DNA from: a virus
Taxonomy: Duplodnaviria; Caudoviricetes
Strand: one strand, 5' to 3'
IMG/VR virus record: IMGVR_UViG_3300039305_000009
Location: 1 to 39,756 of that record
Length of the DNA: 39,756 bases
Positions 7,450 through 15,116 of the stretch are shown here, piece by piece. The translations under genes and the position numbers were made by a program. The notes beneath the pieces are model-generated. The model saw nothing but the letters and a program-made list of their open reading frames with translations, did not search any database and had not been told where the DNA came from. Within the stretch, counting starts at the first letter, position 1. Each line of letters begins with the position of its first letter.

Positions 7450-7493
7450 ATAGGGAATGCCAATTGGTCGGCCAATATTGGCGCCCCCATAAT
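7450..7493 (+). promoter_or_regulatory. pR/pRM region with three OR operators
   Basis: TTGGTC (7464)-N18-CATAAT (7488); operators at 7450-7465, 7462-7477 and 7476-7491 match the OL consensus. Confidence 0.75.
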
Positions 7494-7504
7494 TCGGCTC
7501 AGTC

Positions 7505-7726
7505 ATGAAAACCTCGGACGCCATTGCGCACTTCGGCGGCAACGTCTCGGCGCTCGCCAGAGCGGCCGAAGTTGACCAGAGCACCGTCTACAGCTGGGGG
7601 GAGTATCCGCCCGGCCCGCGCCAGCTCCTGCTTGAGCGCAAGACCAAGAAAGCACTCAGGGCCGAGAAGGATTGCATGCTGCCCCGGCCTCGTCCGGAGC
7701 GCCTCAAAGAGACGGGGGCGCAGTAG
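7505..7726 (+). CDS. cro: Cro-like repressor
   Basis: AIAHFGGNVSALARAAEVDQSTVYSWGEYPP..RQ is a typical Cro pattern; divergent from cI. Confidence 0.85.
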   Translation: MKTSDAIAHFGGNVSALARAAEVDQSTVYSWGEYPPGPRQLLLERKTKKALRAEKDCMLPRPRPERLKETGAQ

Positions 7727-8287
7727 ATGGAATCCCTCTACGTCTGCCTCTTCTCGAACGGCCACATCAAAGTCGGCCGTAGCAACGACCCCAAGTCCCG
7801 GATCGCGCAGCACGCCGACCGGGTGTCTTGCATGGGTGTGGAGCTCATCTCCTCCGAATCGTTCGCTTGTGAGAACGCCATCGCGAGGCGAGAGCAGATC
7901 CTCATCGCTCGTTGCGTCGAAGCGGCCACACGTCGATTCGCCAACGAATGGTTCGACGGACTGGAATACCTGACCGTTTGCGGCTGGGCGCTCGAAGCAG
8001 CGGCGATGGAGTTTGAGGACGTAGCGCAGGGGGAGTCCTTCGGGGCGCGTCTGCGCCAAGCCCGCGTCGCCGCCGGCATGACGCAAACCGATCTCGGTCG
8101 GGGCGTCCTCCCTGACGGCTCCGACGCCAGCAAAGCGACCGTATCCCATTGGGAGGTCGAGCGAACGAGCCCCAGCGTACCCCAGCTTCGCCTGCTGTGC
8201 GAGCGGCTGGGCGTCTCGGCTGACTTTCTTCTGTTCGGGAGTTCGGTTCGACATGCCCCGGATGCTCCTTTTTTTGTCCATTTTTGA
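7727..8287 (+). CDS. T5orf172/GIY-YIG-like domain fused to a C-terminal XRE HTH
   Basis: LYV...IKVGRSNDPKSRI...E...NEWF, then GARLRQARVAAGMTQTDL...TVSHWE...LGVSADFLL. Confidence 0.8.
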   Translation: MESLYVCLFSNGHIKVGRSNDPKSRIAQHADRVSCMGVELISSESFACENAIARREQILIARCVEAATRRFANEWFDGLEYLTVCGWALEAAAMEFEDVAQGESFGARLRQARVAAGMTQTDLGRGVLPDGSDASKATVSHWEVERTSPSVPQLRLLCERLGVSADFLLFGSSVRHAPDAPFFVHF

Positions 8288-8311
8288 GACGGCAACAGAC
8301 CGCAACGCGCC

Positions 8312-8695
8312 ATGCCATCTGCTCCAGACCAGCAACTGACCCTGAACTTCGAGCCGGCGTTGCCGGAGAAATATCGAACGCTGCGGGACTTCCTGGCCTA
8401 CCGGGTTCAGGTCCAGCAGAAGCCGGCCAAGACCATTGCGATGGACATGGACATGAGCCCGTCCACGCTGTCTCGCAAGCTCACCCCGAGCGACGGCGAC
8501 ACCCAGCGGTTCAACGTGGACGACCTGGAGGCGTACATCAGCGTCACCAAGGACACGACGCCGATCGAGTACCTGGCAGCGAAGTACCTGCAGTCGGATG
8601 CCTCGCGGCAAGCTAGGGCGATTGCCCGGGTGGAGGCCCTGGCGATGGAGATGGGCAACGCGCTGGCCGCGCTCAAGCAGTTGGAGCCGGCGTGA
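8312..8695 (+). CDS. CII-like phage regulator
   Basis: QLTLNF...KTIAMDMDMSPSTLSRKL HTH; position downstream of cro. Confidence 0.7.
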   Translation: MPSAPDQQLTLNFEPALPEKYRTLRDFLAYRVQVQQKPAKTIAMDMDMSPSTLSRKLTPSDGDTQRFNVDDLEAYISVTKDTTPIEYLAAKYLQSDASRQARAIARVEALAMEMGNALAALKQLEPA

Positions 8696-8844
8696 CCTGC
8701 TTCTTTTTGCTCGACTTGACTCACGCGGCACGCACCTTCCCGGTCAGGGAGGGTACAGAAGCGCGCCCCGCTGAGCCTGTAGGCGCTCCCACTGTTACCT
8801 GTGTAGGACAAGCCGCACAGAGCGGCAATGGAGGTGTGCGATGA
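8692..8844 (+). CDS. possible small ORF (50 aa)
   Basis: GTGA start overlap and ATGA stop overlap span the gap exactly. Confidence 0.35.
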   Translation: MTCFFLLDLTHAARTFPVREGTEARPAEPVGAPTVTCVGQAAQSGNGGVR

Positions 8845-9140
8845 ACTGCAAGCCTGGGGATCTGGCGGTGGTGATCAAAGCCACCGACGAACACGAACAC
8901 GGCTGGATCGGCAAGGTCGTCCGAGTTGTCCGCCTGATTGGAAGCGGCCTCGACGGCAGTAGCCAGTGCTGGGAATACGAGGGGACGCGCCTTATTCACC
9001 CGCTCTATGGCAGCTGCATAGGTATCGCTGACATTGCTCTTCGCCCCATCCGCGACCCGGGCCCCGACGCCGTAGACGAGATGGTCGCCAAGCTCGGCCC
9101 AGCCCTTCCGGTGACGTACGAGGAGATGCTCCATGGCTGA
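8841..9140 (+). CDS. conserved hypothetical phage protein
   Basis: GGAGGT RBS; MNCKPGDLAVVI...DxxLRPIRDPG motif. Confidence 0.8.
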   Translation: MNCKPGDLAVVIKATDEHEHGWIGKVVRVVRLIGSGLDGSSQCWEYEGTRLIHPLYGSCIGIADIALRPIRDPGPDAVDEMVAKLGPALPVTYEEMLHG

Positions 9141-9447
9141 CCTCGCCCTTTCCATTGAGATGTTCCCCATGCCCCGAGCTCGCCGCTCGGACCCGGAGAG
9201 CAGCAAGCAGGCGGCAAAGCGTGCGCAGGACTTCGCGGCCACGCACGCCGGCCGGCTGCTGGAGGCCCTGAGAACGCATGGGCCGCTCAGCCCCAAGCAG
9301 TTCCACGCCCTCACCGGCCTGACGCACGTCCAAGCCGACAGGCGCCGCAAGGAGCTCCTGGAGGCAGGGCTGATCCGCATCAAGACCGCCGAGGACGGCA
9401 CGCCGTTCACGCGGGATGGGTGCGAGGTGTGGGAGGCGGTGGCGTAG
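9133..9447 (+). CDS. winged-helix DNA-binding protein
   Basis: ARRSDPESS motif followed by a wHTH (HGPLS...RRRKELLEAGLI). Confidence 0.75.
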   Translation: MADLALSIEMFPMPRARRSDPESSKQAAKRAQDFAATHAGRLLEALRTHGPLSPKQFHALTGLTHVQADRRRKELLEAGLIRIKTAEDGTPFTRDGCEVWEAVA

Positions 9448-9451
9448 TCCT

Positions 9452-10222
9452 ATGCCGAATCGCATCCTTCGCGAAGGAATCCTGACCAGCCCGCGCATTG
9501 CGAAGCTGGGCTGGGCTGAAGAGGTGTTCTACCGCCGGCTCCATTCGGTGGTGGACGACTTCGGACGCTACTTCGCGGACCCCGGGCTGCTTCGCGCCGC
9601 CTGCTACCCCCGACAACTCGCCAAGGTGTCGGACTCGGACATTGGGAAGTGGCTTCGCGCTTGCGAAGACGCGGCCCTTGTAAGGGTCTACCCGAGCGAC
9701 AGCGGGGAGCAGTACCTGATGCTGCTGGACTTCAACCAGCAGGTGCGCGCGAAGAAAAGCAAGTTCCCGGACCCGCTTAGCACTTGCGCAGCATCTGCTA
9801 CGCAAACGCCAAGCACGCCACCAGCAAATGCGCACTTAGACGTATCCGTATCCGTAGTCGTATCCGAAGACGAGAAGCGCTCCCGCGCTGCGCCGCCTGA
9901 CGGCGTCTCTGTGTCCGTTTGGAATGACTACCTGAAGACCCGCGGCAAGAAGCTCACGGAAACCGGGCTCAAGGGACTGCAGCGAGAGGCGGCGAAGGCG
10001 GGCTACTCCCTCCAGCAAGCCCTGGAGGTGTGCTGCGAGCGTGGATGGCGGGGGTTCAAGGCCGATTGGGTGATGACGAAAGCCGACGTTGGCCGCGTGA
10101 CTGTGCCCGGCCCCACTGGGCCTGACCCCGTGCTGGCGCAACTCAAGGCCCACAAGGGTGCTCCCATCCCGCCCGCAGTTCGTGCCCGGATCGATGAAGC
10201 CCTGAAGGGAAAGGTGCACTGA
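9452..10222 (+). CDS. phage replication initiator (O-like)
   Basis: N-terminal RILREGILTS...VDDFGR wHTH; C-terminal WxDYLxxR...GWRGFKADW; internal iterons. Confidence 0.8.
   Translation: MPNRILREGILTSPRIAKLGWAEEVFYRRLHSVVDDFGRYFADPGLLRAACYPRQLAKVSDSDIGKWLRACEDAALVRVYPSDSGEQYLMLLDFNQQVRAKKSKFPDPLSTCAASATQTPSTPPANAHLDVSVSVVVSEDEKRSRAAPPDGVSVSVWNDYLKTRGKKLTETGLKGLQREAAKAGYSLQQALEVCCERGWRGFKADWVMTKADVGRVTVPGPTGPDPVLAQLKAHKGAPIPPAVRARIDEALKGKVH
9779..9876 (+). repeat. putative replication origin: five 11-bp-period iterons plus CGTATC hexamers
   Basis: AGCACTTGCGC/AGCATCTGCTA/CGCAAACGCCA/AGCACGCCACC/AGCAAATGCGC (9779-9833); CGTATC repeats at 9841-9864. Confidence 0.65.
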
Positions 10223-10473
10223 TGGAGGCCACTCTGGTCAGCACCGTGTGGCTGCCGATCTGGCGCGCCCAGCGTCCGCTGAAGTACGCGGAGATTGCGC
10301 AGGCGCTCCCGGAGCTCTCGCACAACCAGCGTGCTCCGGCCTTGAATGTCGCCTACCGCCTTGGCTACATCGAGCGCCAGGGCAAGCCGCGCGACTACAG
10401 CTACGCAGTCACTCCGCGGTGCACGGTGCCGCCGGGCGTTCCCATCCTTGAAATCCTGGAGGCTGCGGCGTGA
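10222..10473 (+). CDS. small winged-helix-like protein
   Basis: TGATG coupling; EIAQAL...LGYIERQG...YSY pattern. Confidence 0.65.
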   Translation: MEATLVSTVWLPIWRAQRPLKYAEIAQALPELSHNQRAPALNVAYRLGYIERQGKPRDYSYAVTPRCTVPPGVPILEILEAAA

Positions 10474-10737
10474 ATGCATCCCCTCTCCAACCACGTAGAG
10501 GAGCAGTTCGCATGGCTGCTGACCATGGCCCGCGATCCGGGGCTCAAGGCGCAAGCGTGGCATCGAGCCAAGGAGATGGCGCTGGAGTGCCCGGACCTGT
10601 ACGGGGAGTTTCCGGGCCGGCTCACGGAGGCCATGCGCGATGAGGCGAGCCGCGAAGGTGGACGCGAACCAGCCGCAGATCGTCAAGGTTCTGCGCCAGG
10701 TCGGAGCGTTCGTCCAGAGCCTCGCCGCGGTCGGTGA
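10474..10737 (+). CDS. hypothetical protein
   Basis: Follows a GGAGG RBS; 3' part overlaps the next gene. Confidence 0.55.
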   Translation: MHPLSNHVEEQFAWLLTMARDPGLKAQAWHRAKEMALECPDLYGEFPGRLTEAMRDEASREGGREPAADRQGSAPGRSVRPEPRRGR

Positions 10738-10930
10738 TGGCGTCCCGGATCTGCTCGTCGGGTTCCGGGGGCAGACGGTGTTGATCGAGGTGAAGGACGG
10801 CAGCCGGCCGAAGAGCGAGCGGCAGCTGACGGACCAGCAGATCGAGTGGCACGCAACTTGGCCGGGTGGCCTGTGCGTGGTGGTGTCCAACGAGGCCGAG
10901 GCATTGGCCGCAATCGGAGTCAAGGCATGA
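10640..10930 (+). CDS. VRR-NUC-like PD-(D/E)xK nuclease, possible resolvase
   Basis: DANQ..IV..LR..GA...GVPDLLVG...LIEVK...LTxxQ..W. Confidence 0.85.
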   Translation: MRRAAKVDANQPQIVKVLRQVGAFVQSLAAVGDGVPDLLVGFRGQTVLIEVKDGSRPKSERQLTDQQIEWHATWPGGLCVVVSNEAEALAAIGVKA

Positions 10931-11292
10931 GCTTTCAATTCGTCAACGTGAACGGTGATCCGTGGGCGCCCAGCGCCAGGGCAACGACCGCGCCGAAGCG
11001 GCCGAAGAAGGAGAACACCGAGGGCTCTCACAACGGCTGGCGCGTGGTCGGCTTTCCTCCTGGCGCGCGCGAGGACGCCAAGCGGGAGCACGAGTTCAAG
11101 CAGGCCGGCAAGAAGGAGCCCAAGGCCTGGAACGAGGCTCACTGGCTGATGAACGGCAAGAAGACGGCCGTCCGCAGCAAGCCCTACGAGCTGCAGGAGG
11201 CCGCGAAGCAGTGCGCCGAGATGGCCACGAAAGCCGGCTGGCTGGCCGTGGAGTGCGTCGAGCTCAAGAAGGAAGCCGGCGTCAAGCAATGA
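10927..11292 (+). CDS. hypothetical protein (121 aa)
   Basis: ATGA coupling at both ends. Confidence 0.7.
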   Translation: MSFQFVNVNGDPWAPSARATTAPKRPKKENTEGSHNGWRVVGFPPGAREDAKREHEFKQAGKKEPKAWNEAHWLMNGKKTAVRSKPYELQEAAKQCAEMATKAGWLAVECVELKKEAGVKQ

Positions 11293-11711
11293 GCCTCACC
11301 CCCACATTCCAAGGCGAAGTCCAGATGCGCCGCTGGTCGGACAGCAGCACTCAGGGCGTGCAGGTCACGTTTGCGCTGCCTGACGCCTCGGACCTGGAGC
11401 CGCTGAAGGCCAAGACCGGAAAGCGGTTCATGGCGGTGCTGGTGGAGATTGGGGACGACGAGCAGCCGGTGCAGCCGCCGGTCCAGCGCGGTCCGCTGTG
11501 CATCGAGGCATGCGAATACAGCCGCGATCCTGCCTTCTGGAAGTGGGCAGGCGTCACCGACGAGAACGCGGCGGCCGAGTGGATCAAAAGGCGCTGCCAG
11601 GTTGATTCCCGGAAGGAGATCGATCACCTTCGATATGCCGCGGACCTGTTCCGCAACGACGTGCGTGTCCCGTTCATGCGGTGGCAGCGCCAGCAGCGGG
11701 GTGGCAGATGA
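11289..11711 (+). CDS. conserved nin-region protein (140 aa)
   Basis: GKRFMAVLVEIGDDE...DPAFW.W...C.V.SRKEID motif. Confidence 0.75.
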   Translation: MSLTPTFQGEVQMRRWSDSSTQGVQVTFALPDASDLEPLKAKTGKRFMAVLVEIGDDEQPVQPPVQRGPLCIEACEYSRDPAFWKWAGVTDENAAAEWIKRRCQVDSRKEIDHLRYAADLFRNDVRVPFMRWQRQQRGGR

Positions 11712-11836
11712 CGCCGCGCATTTTTCCAGAACGTGGCTACTGGCGCTGTGGCCTGAAGACCCAGCCTCCCGAGTGGTGGTCATGGGCTCAGACCCCAAAG
11801 GAGGCTTTCGAGCTGTGGGAAAGGGGGAGGGGGTGA
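11708..11836 (+). CDS. small Trp-rich protein (42 aa; not in ORF track)
   Basis: MTPRIFPERGYWRCG...TPKEAFELW; ATGA and GTGA coupling. Confidence 0.6.
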   Translation: MTPRIFPERGYWRCGLKTQPPEWWSWAQTPKEAFELWERGRG

Positions 11837-12660
11837 AACTGAGCAAGGAGCAATCCAAGCGCCACCAGAAGGCCCTCGACCTTGTTCACTCGGACAAGGC
11901 GCTGACCGAAGATGAGCGTGAGTTCATCCTGGAGAACTACTGCGAAGCGCAAGGCCAACTGAACGCTCTCGCCGGCGCGTTCTTCACCCCCGCCGGGTTA
12001 GCGCGCGACTTTGCGATCGAAGTTGGTGGCGGTGTGCTGGACGGCGGCTCCATCGTGGATCTGTGCGCAGGGATTGGTCGGCTGGCCTGGGCATGCGAGC
12101 ACAAGGGCGCTGAGATCACTTGCGTGGAGTTCTGTGAGGAGTACGTGACGGTTGGCAGGCGCGTTCTTCCGTCTGCCAAGTGGATCCATGGCGATGTGTT
12201 CTCAGTTGAACTTGGCCGCTATTCGTTCGCCATCAGCAATCCCCCGTTCGGCGCAATCAAGGGGGACACGTTCAAGGGGAAGTACACGGGCGGACAGTTT
12301 GAGTACAAGGTGATCGAGCTCGCCTCGCGCATTGCAGCCTACGGCGTGTTCATCCTGCCGCAAATGTCGGCTCCGTTCCGCTACTCCGGCGAGCAGAGCT
12401 ACCGCGAGGAGGAGAGCGAAAAGGCCCGCAAGTTCCGCGAGCAGACCGGAATCGTGATGCAGCCGAATTGCGGCATAGACACATCCATCTACCGTCAGGA
12501 CTGGAGAGGCGTCAGCCCGATCTGCGAAATCGTCTGCTGCGACTTCGAGGAGCTGCAGCCAGCCGCCCCCGAGGCCACTGTACCGGTCCTGGCAGTCCAG
12601 ATGCCGGCTCAGCCTGCGGCTCCGGGCGCCAACCTCGATCTGTTCTCGGAGGCCGCATGA
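11833..12660 (+). CDS. orphan DNA amino-methyltransferase (N6-adenine, gamma-type motif order)
   Basis: GAFFTP, motif I DLCAGIG, motif IV NPPF; GTG start after GGAGG. Confidence 0.85.
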   Translation: MKLSKEQSKRHQKALDLVHSDKALTEDEREFILENYCEAQGQLNALAGAFFTPAGLARDFAIEVGGGVLDGGSIVDLCAGIGRLAWACEHKGAEITCVEFCEEYVTVGRRVLPSAKWIHGDVFSVELGRYSFAISNPPFGAIKGDTFKGKYTGGQFEYKVIELASRIAAYGVFILPQMSAPFRYSGEQSYREEESEKARKFREQTGIVMQPNCGIDTSIYRQDWRGVSPICEIVCCDFEELQPAAPEATVPVLAVQMPAQPAAPGANLDLFSEAA

Positions 12661-13136
12661 AGCGCACCCCCATGACCCGGCGCACGCCCCTGCGTTCCCG
12701 CTCCAAGCGCCACGAGCCCACGGTAACGAGGGAAGCCAAGCCCATGGCCAAGCTCCCCTCTCTCACCCGAAAGCCCGACTACACGGGGAGCACGGGGAAG
12801 GCGGTGCCGAAGGAGAACCCTGTGCGAAGCGAAGCGTACCGGAGGCTGGTGGCGGCGTTTCCCTGTGCGAGTTGCGGGCTTGAGGGCCCGTCTCAGGCCG
12901 CCCATCCCAACGCAAACAAGGCCAAGGGGATGAAGGCCGATGACCGGCTGTGCTTCGCCTTGTGTGCCGACCAGCCGGGCCGTGTTGGGTGCCACGCCCT
13001 GTTCGACCGCTACGAGCTTTACGCCACCCGTGAGCAGCATGTGGCTCAGGGTGAGCGTTGGGGCTCGTGGACGCGGGGAACCATCATCGCCGCCGGTCAG
13101 TGGCCGGCCAACCTGCCGAGGTGGGAGGACTCCTGA
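12657..13136 (+). CDS. DUF968/Ref-like HNH-fold Zn protein
   Basis: YRRLVAAFPCASCG...QAAH...K..D...LC...CH..FD. Confidence 0.75.
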   Translation: MKRTPMTRRTPLRSRSKRHEPTVTREAKPMAKLPSLTRKPDYTGSTGKAVPKENPVRSEAYRRLVAAFPCASCGLEGPSQAAHPNANKAKGMKADDRLCFALCADQPGRVGCHALFDRYELYATREQHVAQGERWGSWTRGTIIAAGQWPANLPRWEDS

Positions 13137-13681
13137 TGGCGAAGCCACCGACCGTCCACACAGTTGCAAGCCTGCTGGCCCGGGCCGAAGAGGAAGGCGC
13201 CTGCCTGCTCTGGGGCGGCTCCATGGGCTACCACGACACCCCACAGGTCTACGTCCAGGGGGAGGGCATGGTGGCCACCCGCATGCTCCTGTCGCGGCTG
13301 CTGGGCGTCAGCGCGAGGGGCAAGCTGTACTACGGCACCTCCTGCGGCAACCCGCGGTGCATCGCGCCTGAGCACATCGTGATGCGCAAGCCCTCCGAGC
13401 ACCGGGCCCTGATGCGCAAGAACTCGGCCACCCCCACCGCACGAACGAAGCGCCGCACGTCGAACACCGTGGACCGCCGGGCCAAGCCGCTCAAGCTCTC
13501 TATGGAGACGGCGGCACTGATCCGAGCGGACGAGCGTCCCAGCAAGGAGGTGGCGGCCCAGTTCGCGATCCACCCCTCGATGGTCTGGAAGATCAGGACC
13601 GGGAAGGCGTGGGCCGACCACACCAACCCCTTCGCTGGTCTGCTCGCCGCCAACACCGACAACCAGAAGAGGGCTGCATAG
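13136..13681 (+). CDS. degenerate His-Me finger (HNH) protein with C-terminal HTH
   Basis: CLLWGG...TSCGNPRCIAPEH; C-terminal EVAAQFAIHPSMVWKIRTGKAW. Confidence 0.7.
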   Translation: MAKPPTVHTVASLLARAEEEGACLLWGGSMGYHDTPQVYVQGEGMVATRMLLSRLLGVSARGKLYYGTSCGNPRCIAPEHIVMRKPSEHRALMRKNSATPTARTKRRTSNTVDRRAKPLKLSMETAALIRADERPSKEVAAQFAIHPSMVWKIRTGKAWADHTNPFAGLLAANTDNQKRAA

Positions 13682-13697
13682 CCTGAAAGGACAAGCC

Positions 13698-13901
13698 ATG
13701 AGCGAAGGTCAAAAGCCACAAGAGCAGCCGGTGCGTTGCTGGTTCTTCCATGCGTGGGGACGCTGGCAGGACGGGGAGAGCTTCACAGTGGACCGCGTGT
13801 CAGATGGATCGCAGGTCGGCGTGGCCGTTCTTCAGAGTCGCCGCTGCACCCGATGCAACGCACTCGCCCAGCGTTTCGTCAAGACTACTGCCGCCGCCTA
13901 A
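13698..13901 (+). CDS. small Zn-ribbon-like protein
   Basis: CWFFHAW...RRCTRC; AAGGA RBS. Confidence 0.7.
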   Translation: MSEGQKPQEQPVRCWFFHAWGRWQDGESFTVDRVSDGSQVGVAVLQSRRCTRCNALAQRFVKTTAAA

Positions 13902-13924
13902 CCGAACAAGCGCAGAGGGGCCAG

Positions 13925-14311
13925 ATGATGCAAAACGACATCCAAGCCGTGCTCTCGGGCATGTTGGCCGACTGGCACCGCTACTGCCAGCACACGGCAG
14001 ACCGCAACGGCTACCCGGGCAGGGCGGCCGGCTTCGGCCAATGCCGCTCCAACAGCCAATACGACTGGCAGAACGGGGTCGAGGATGAAATGGTGGACCG
14101 CCGAATCATGCAAGGGTTCGACGCCGCCATAAACCGCATCCCTCAGCCCTGGTTCACGGCGCTGCAGTTCGAGGCCCGCAACCTCGTCGCCCGCCACCAG
14201 GTATGGACCAGCCCGCGCCTGCCGCGGAACCAGGAAGAGCGGGAAGTCTTGATCCTGGAGGCTCGGGTGCGGCTGCTCAAGGAGCTGGCGAAGGACGGCG
14301 TCCTTTGCTGA
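13925..14311 (+). CDS. Q-like late antiterminator or regulator
   Basis: LxDWHR N-terminus; position just before the late promoter and terminator. Confidence 0.6.
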   Translation: MMQNDIQAVLSGMLADWHRYCQHTADRNGYPGRAAGFGQCRSNSQYDWQNGVEDEMVDRRIMQGFDAAINRIPQPWFTALQFEARNLVARHQVWTSPRLPRNQEEREVLILEARVRLLKELAKDGVLC

Positions 14312-14337
14312 CGCCGGTACGAACATAGGAGAACCCC

Positions 14338-14589
14338 ATGAAGACTGCCATCTACATCGAGGACGGCGTTTGCCAATTGGTCATCACGCCGGAGACGGAC
14401 TTTGAGAAGAACGCCTTGAGCAGCTTCCGCGAGAAGCCTCTGAGCGCCAAGCTGTTCGCAGGCTCCTTCTACGACTGCCGGGGAGGGTGGGTGCGCCAGG
14501 CGGCGTACTACCCGGGCCACTGGGACGGGCACAAGGACGATCAGAGCTTGATCCTGACAACGAGGCCGGAGACGGAGGAGATCCGGTGA
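14338..14589 (+). CDS. hypothetical protein (83 aa)
   Basis: AGGAG RBS; MKTAIYIEDG..QLV.TPE..FEK. Confidence 0.75.
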   Translation: MKTAIYIEDGVCQLVITPETDFEKNALSSFREKPLSAKLFAGSFYDCRGGWVRQAAYYPGHWDGHKDDQSLILTTRPETEEIR

Positions 14590-14611
14590 TGTGCCATCGC
14601 AACGTACCCAC

Positions 14612-14640
14612 TTGACGCCCTGGCTCAGCCGTGGCACAGT
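14612..14640 (+). promoter_or_regulatory. late promoter (pR'-like)
   Basis: TTGACG-N17-CACAGT with extended -10 TG. Confidence 0.65.
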
Positions 14641-14676
14641 CGGCGCCATCGGGGATAACTGTCTCCGCAAAAAGCT

Positions 14677-14707
14677 AAGCCGCCCTGGTTCGCCTCGGCG
14701 GCTTTTT
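14677..14707 (+). terminator. tR'-like terminator
   Basis: AAGCCGCC/GGCGGCTT stem followed by a T run. Confidence 0.75.
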
Positions 14708-14804
14708 CGTGCTCGGGAGTCGCCCTTACACCTCAACGCTCGCGCAGCAACGAGGGCGCATCTCCCGGCCTTCCATGCAGTTGCCTTCTCTCCAAGGCCA
14801 CTTC

Positions 14805-14827
14805 GCCCGCCTGAGTGCGGGCTTTTT
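14805..14827 (+). terminator. second late-leader terminator
   Basis: GCCCGC/GCGGGC stem followed by T5. Confidence 0.75.
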
Positions 14828-14846
14828 CATTTCTAGCGAGGCGAGT

Positions 14847-15116
14847 ATGACTACTCTGAAAGCCGCGCGTCCTGGCCGCCCGATGGGGCGCCTGCACCAA
14901 GAGGACGTGCGGGCCAAGATCCAGGCCAGTCAATTGGTGAATCGGCTTACGGATCATGTACTTGGGAGGACAGAAATGTCACCCACCCAAGTGCAGGCCG
15001 CCAAAATCTTGCTGGGCAAGACGCTCCCCGACCTGTCGGCCGTGGAACTGGCGGGAGAGGGCGGAGGCGAGATCGTTCACCGGGTCGAGTTCGCCATTGT
15101 CGATCCTAAGAATTGA
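14847..15116 (+). CDS. terS: terminase small subunit
   Basis: RAKIQASQLVNRL...QVQAAKILL.K.LPDL motif; directly upstream of TerL. Confidence 0.75.
   Translation: MTTLKAARPGRPMGRLHQEDVRAKIQASQLVNRLTDHVLGRTEMSPTQVQAAKILLGKTLPDLSAVELAGEGGGEIVHRVEFAIVDPKN

Noticed and set aside
7499-11289. Long antisense ORFs (7499-8731, 8721-9410, 10003-11289) and similar ones opposite structural genes
   Set aside because: Shadow ORFs expected in GC-rich coding DNA; no motifs, and they lie opposite well-supported genes
11833-12660. Complete restriction-modification system
   Set aside because: No cognate restriction enzyme adjacent; nearby nuclease-like genes are ordinary nin-region genes
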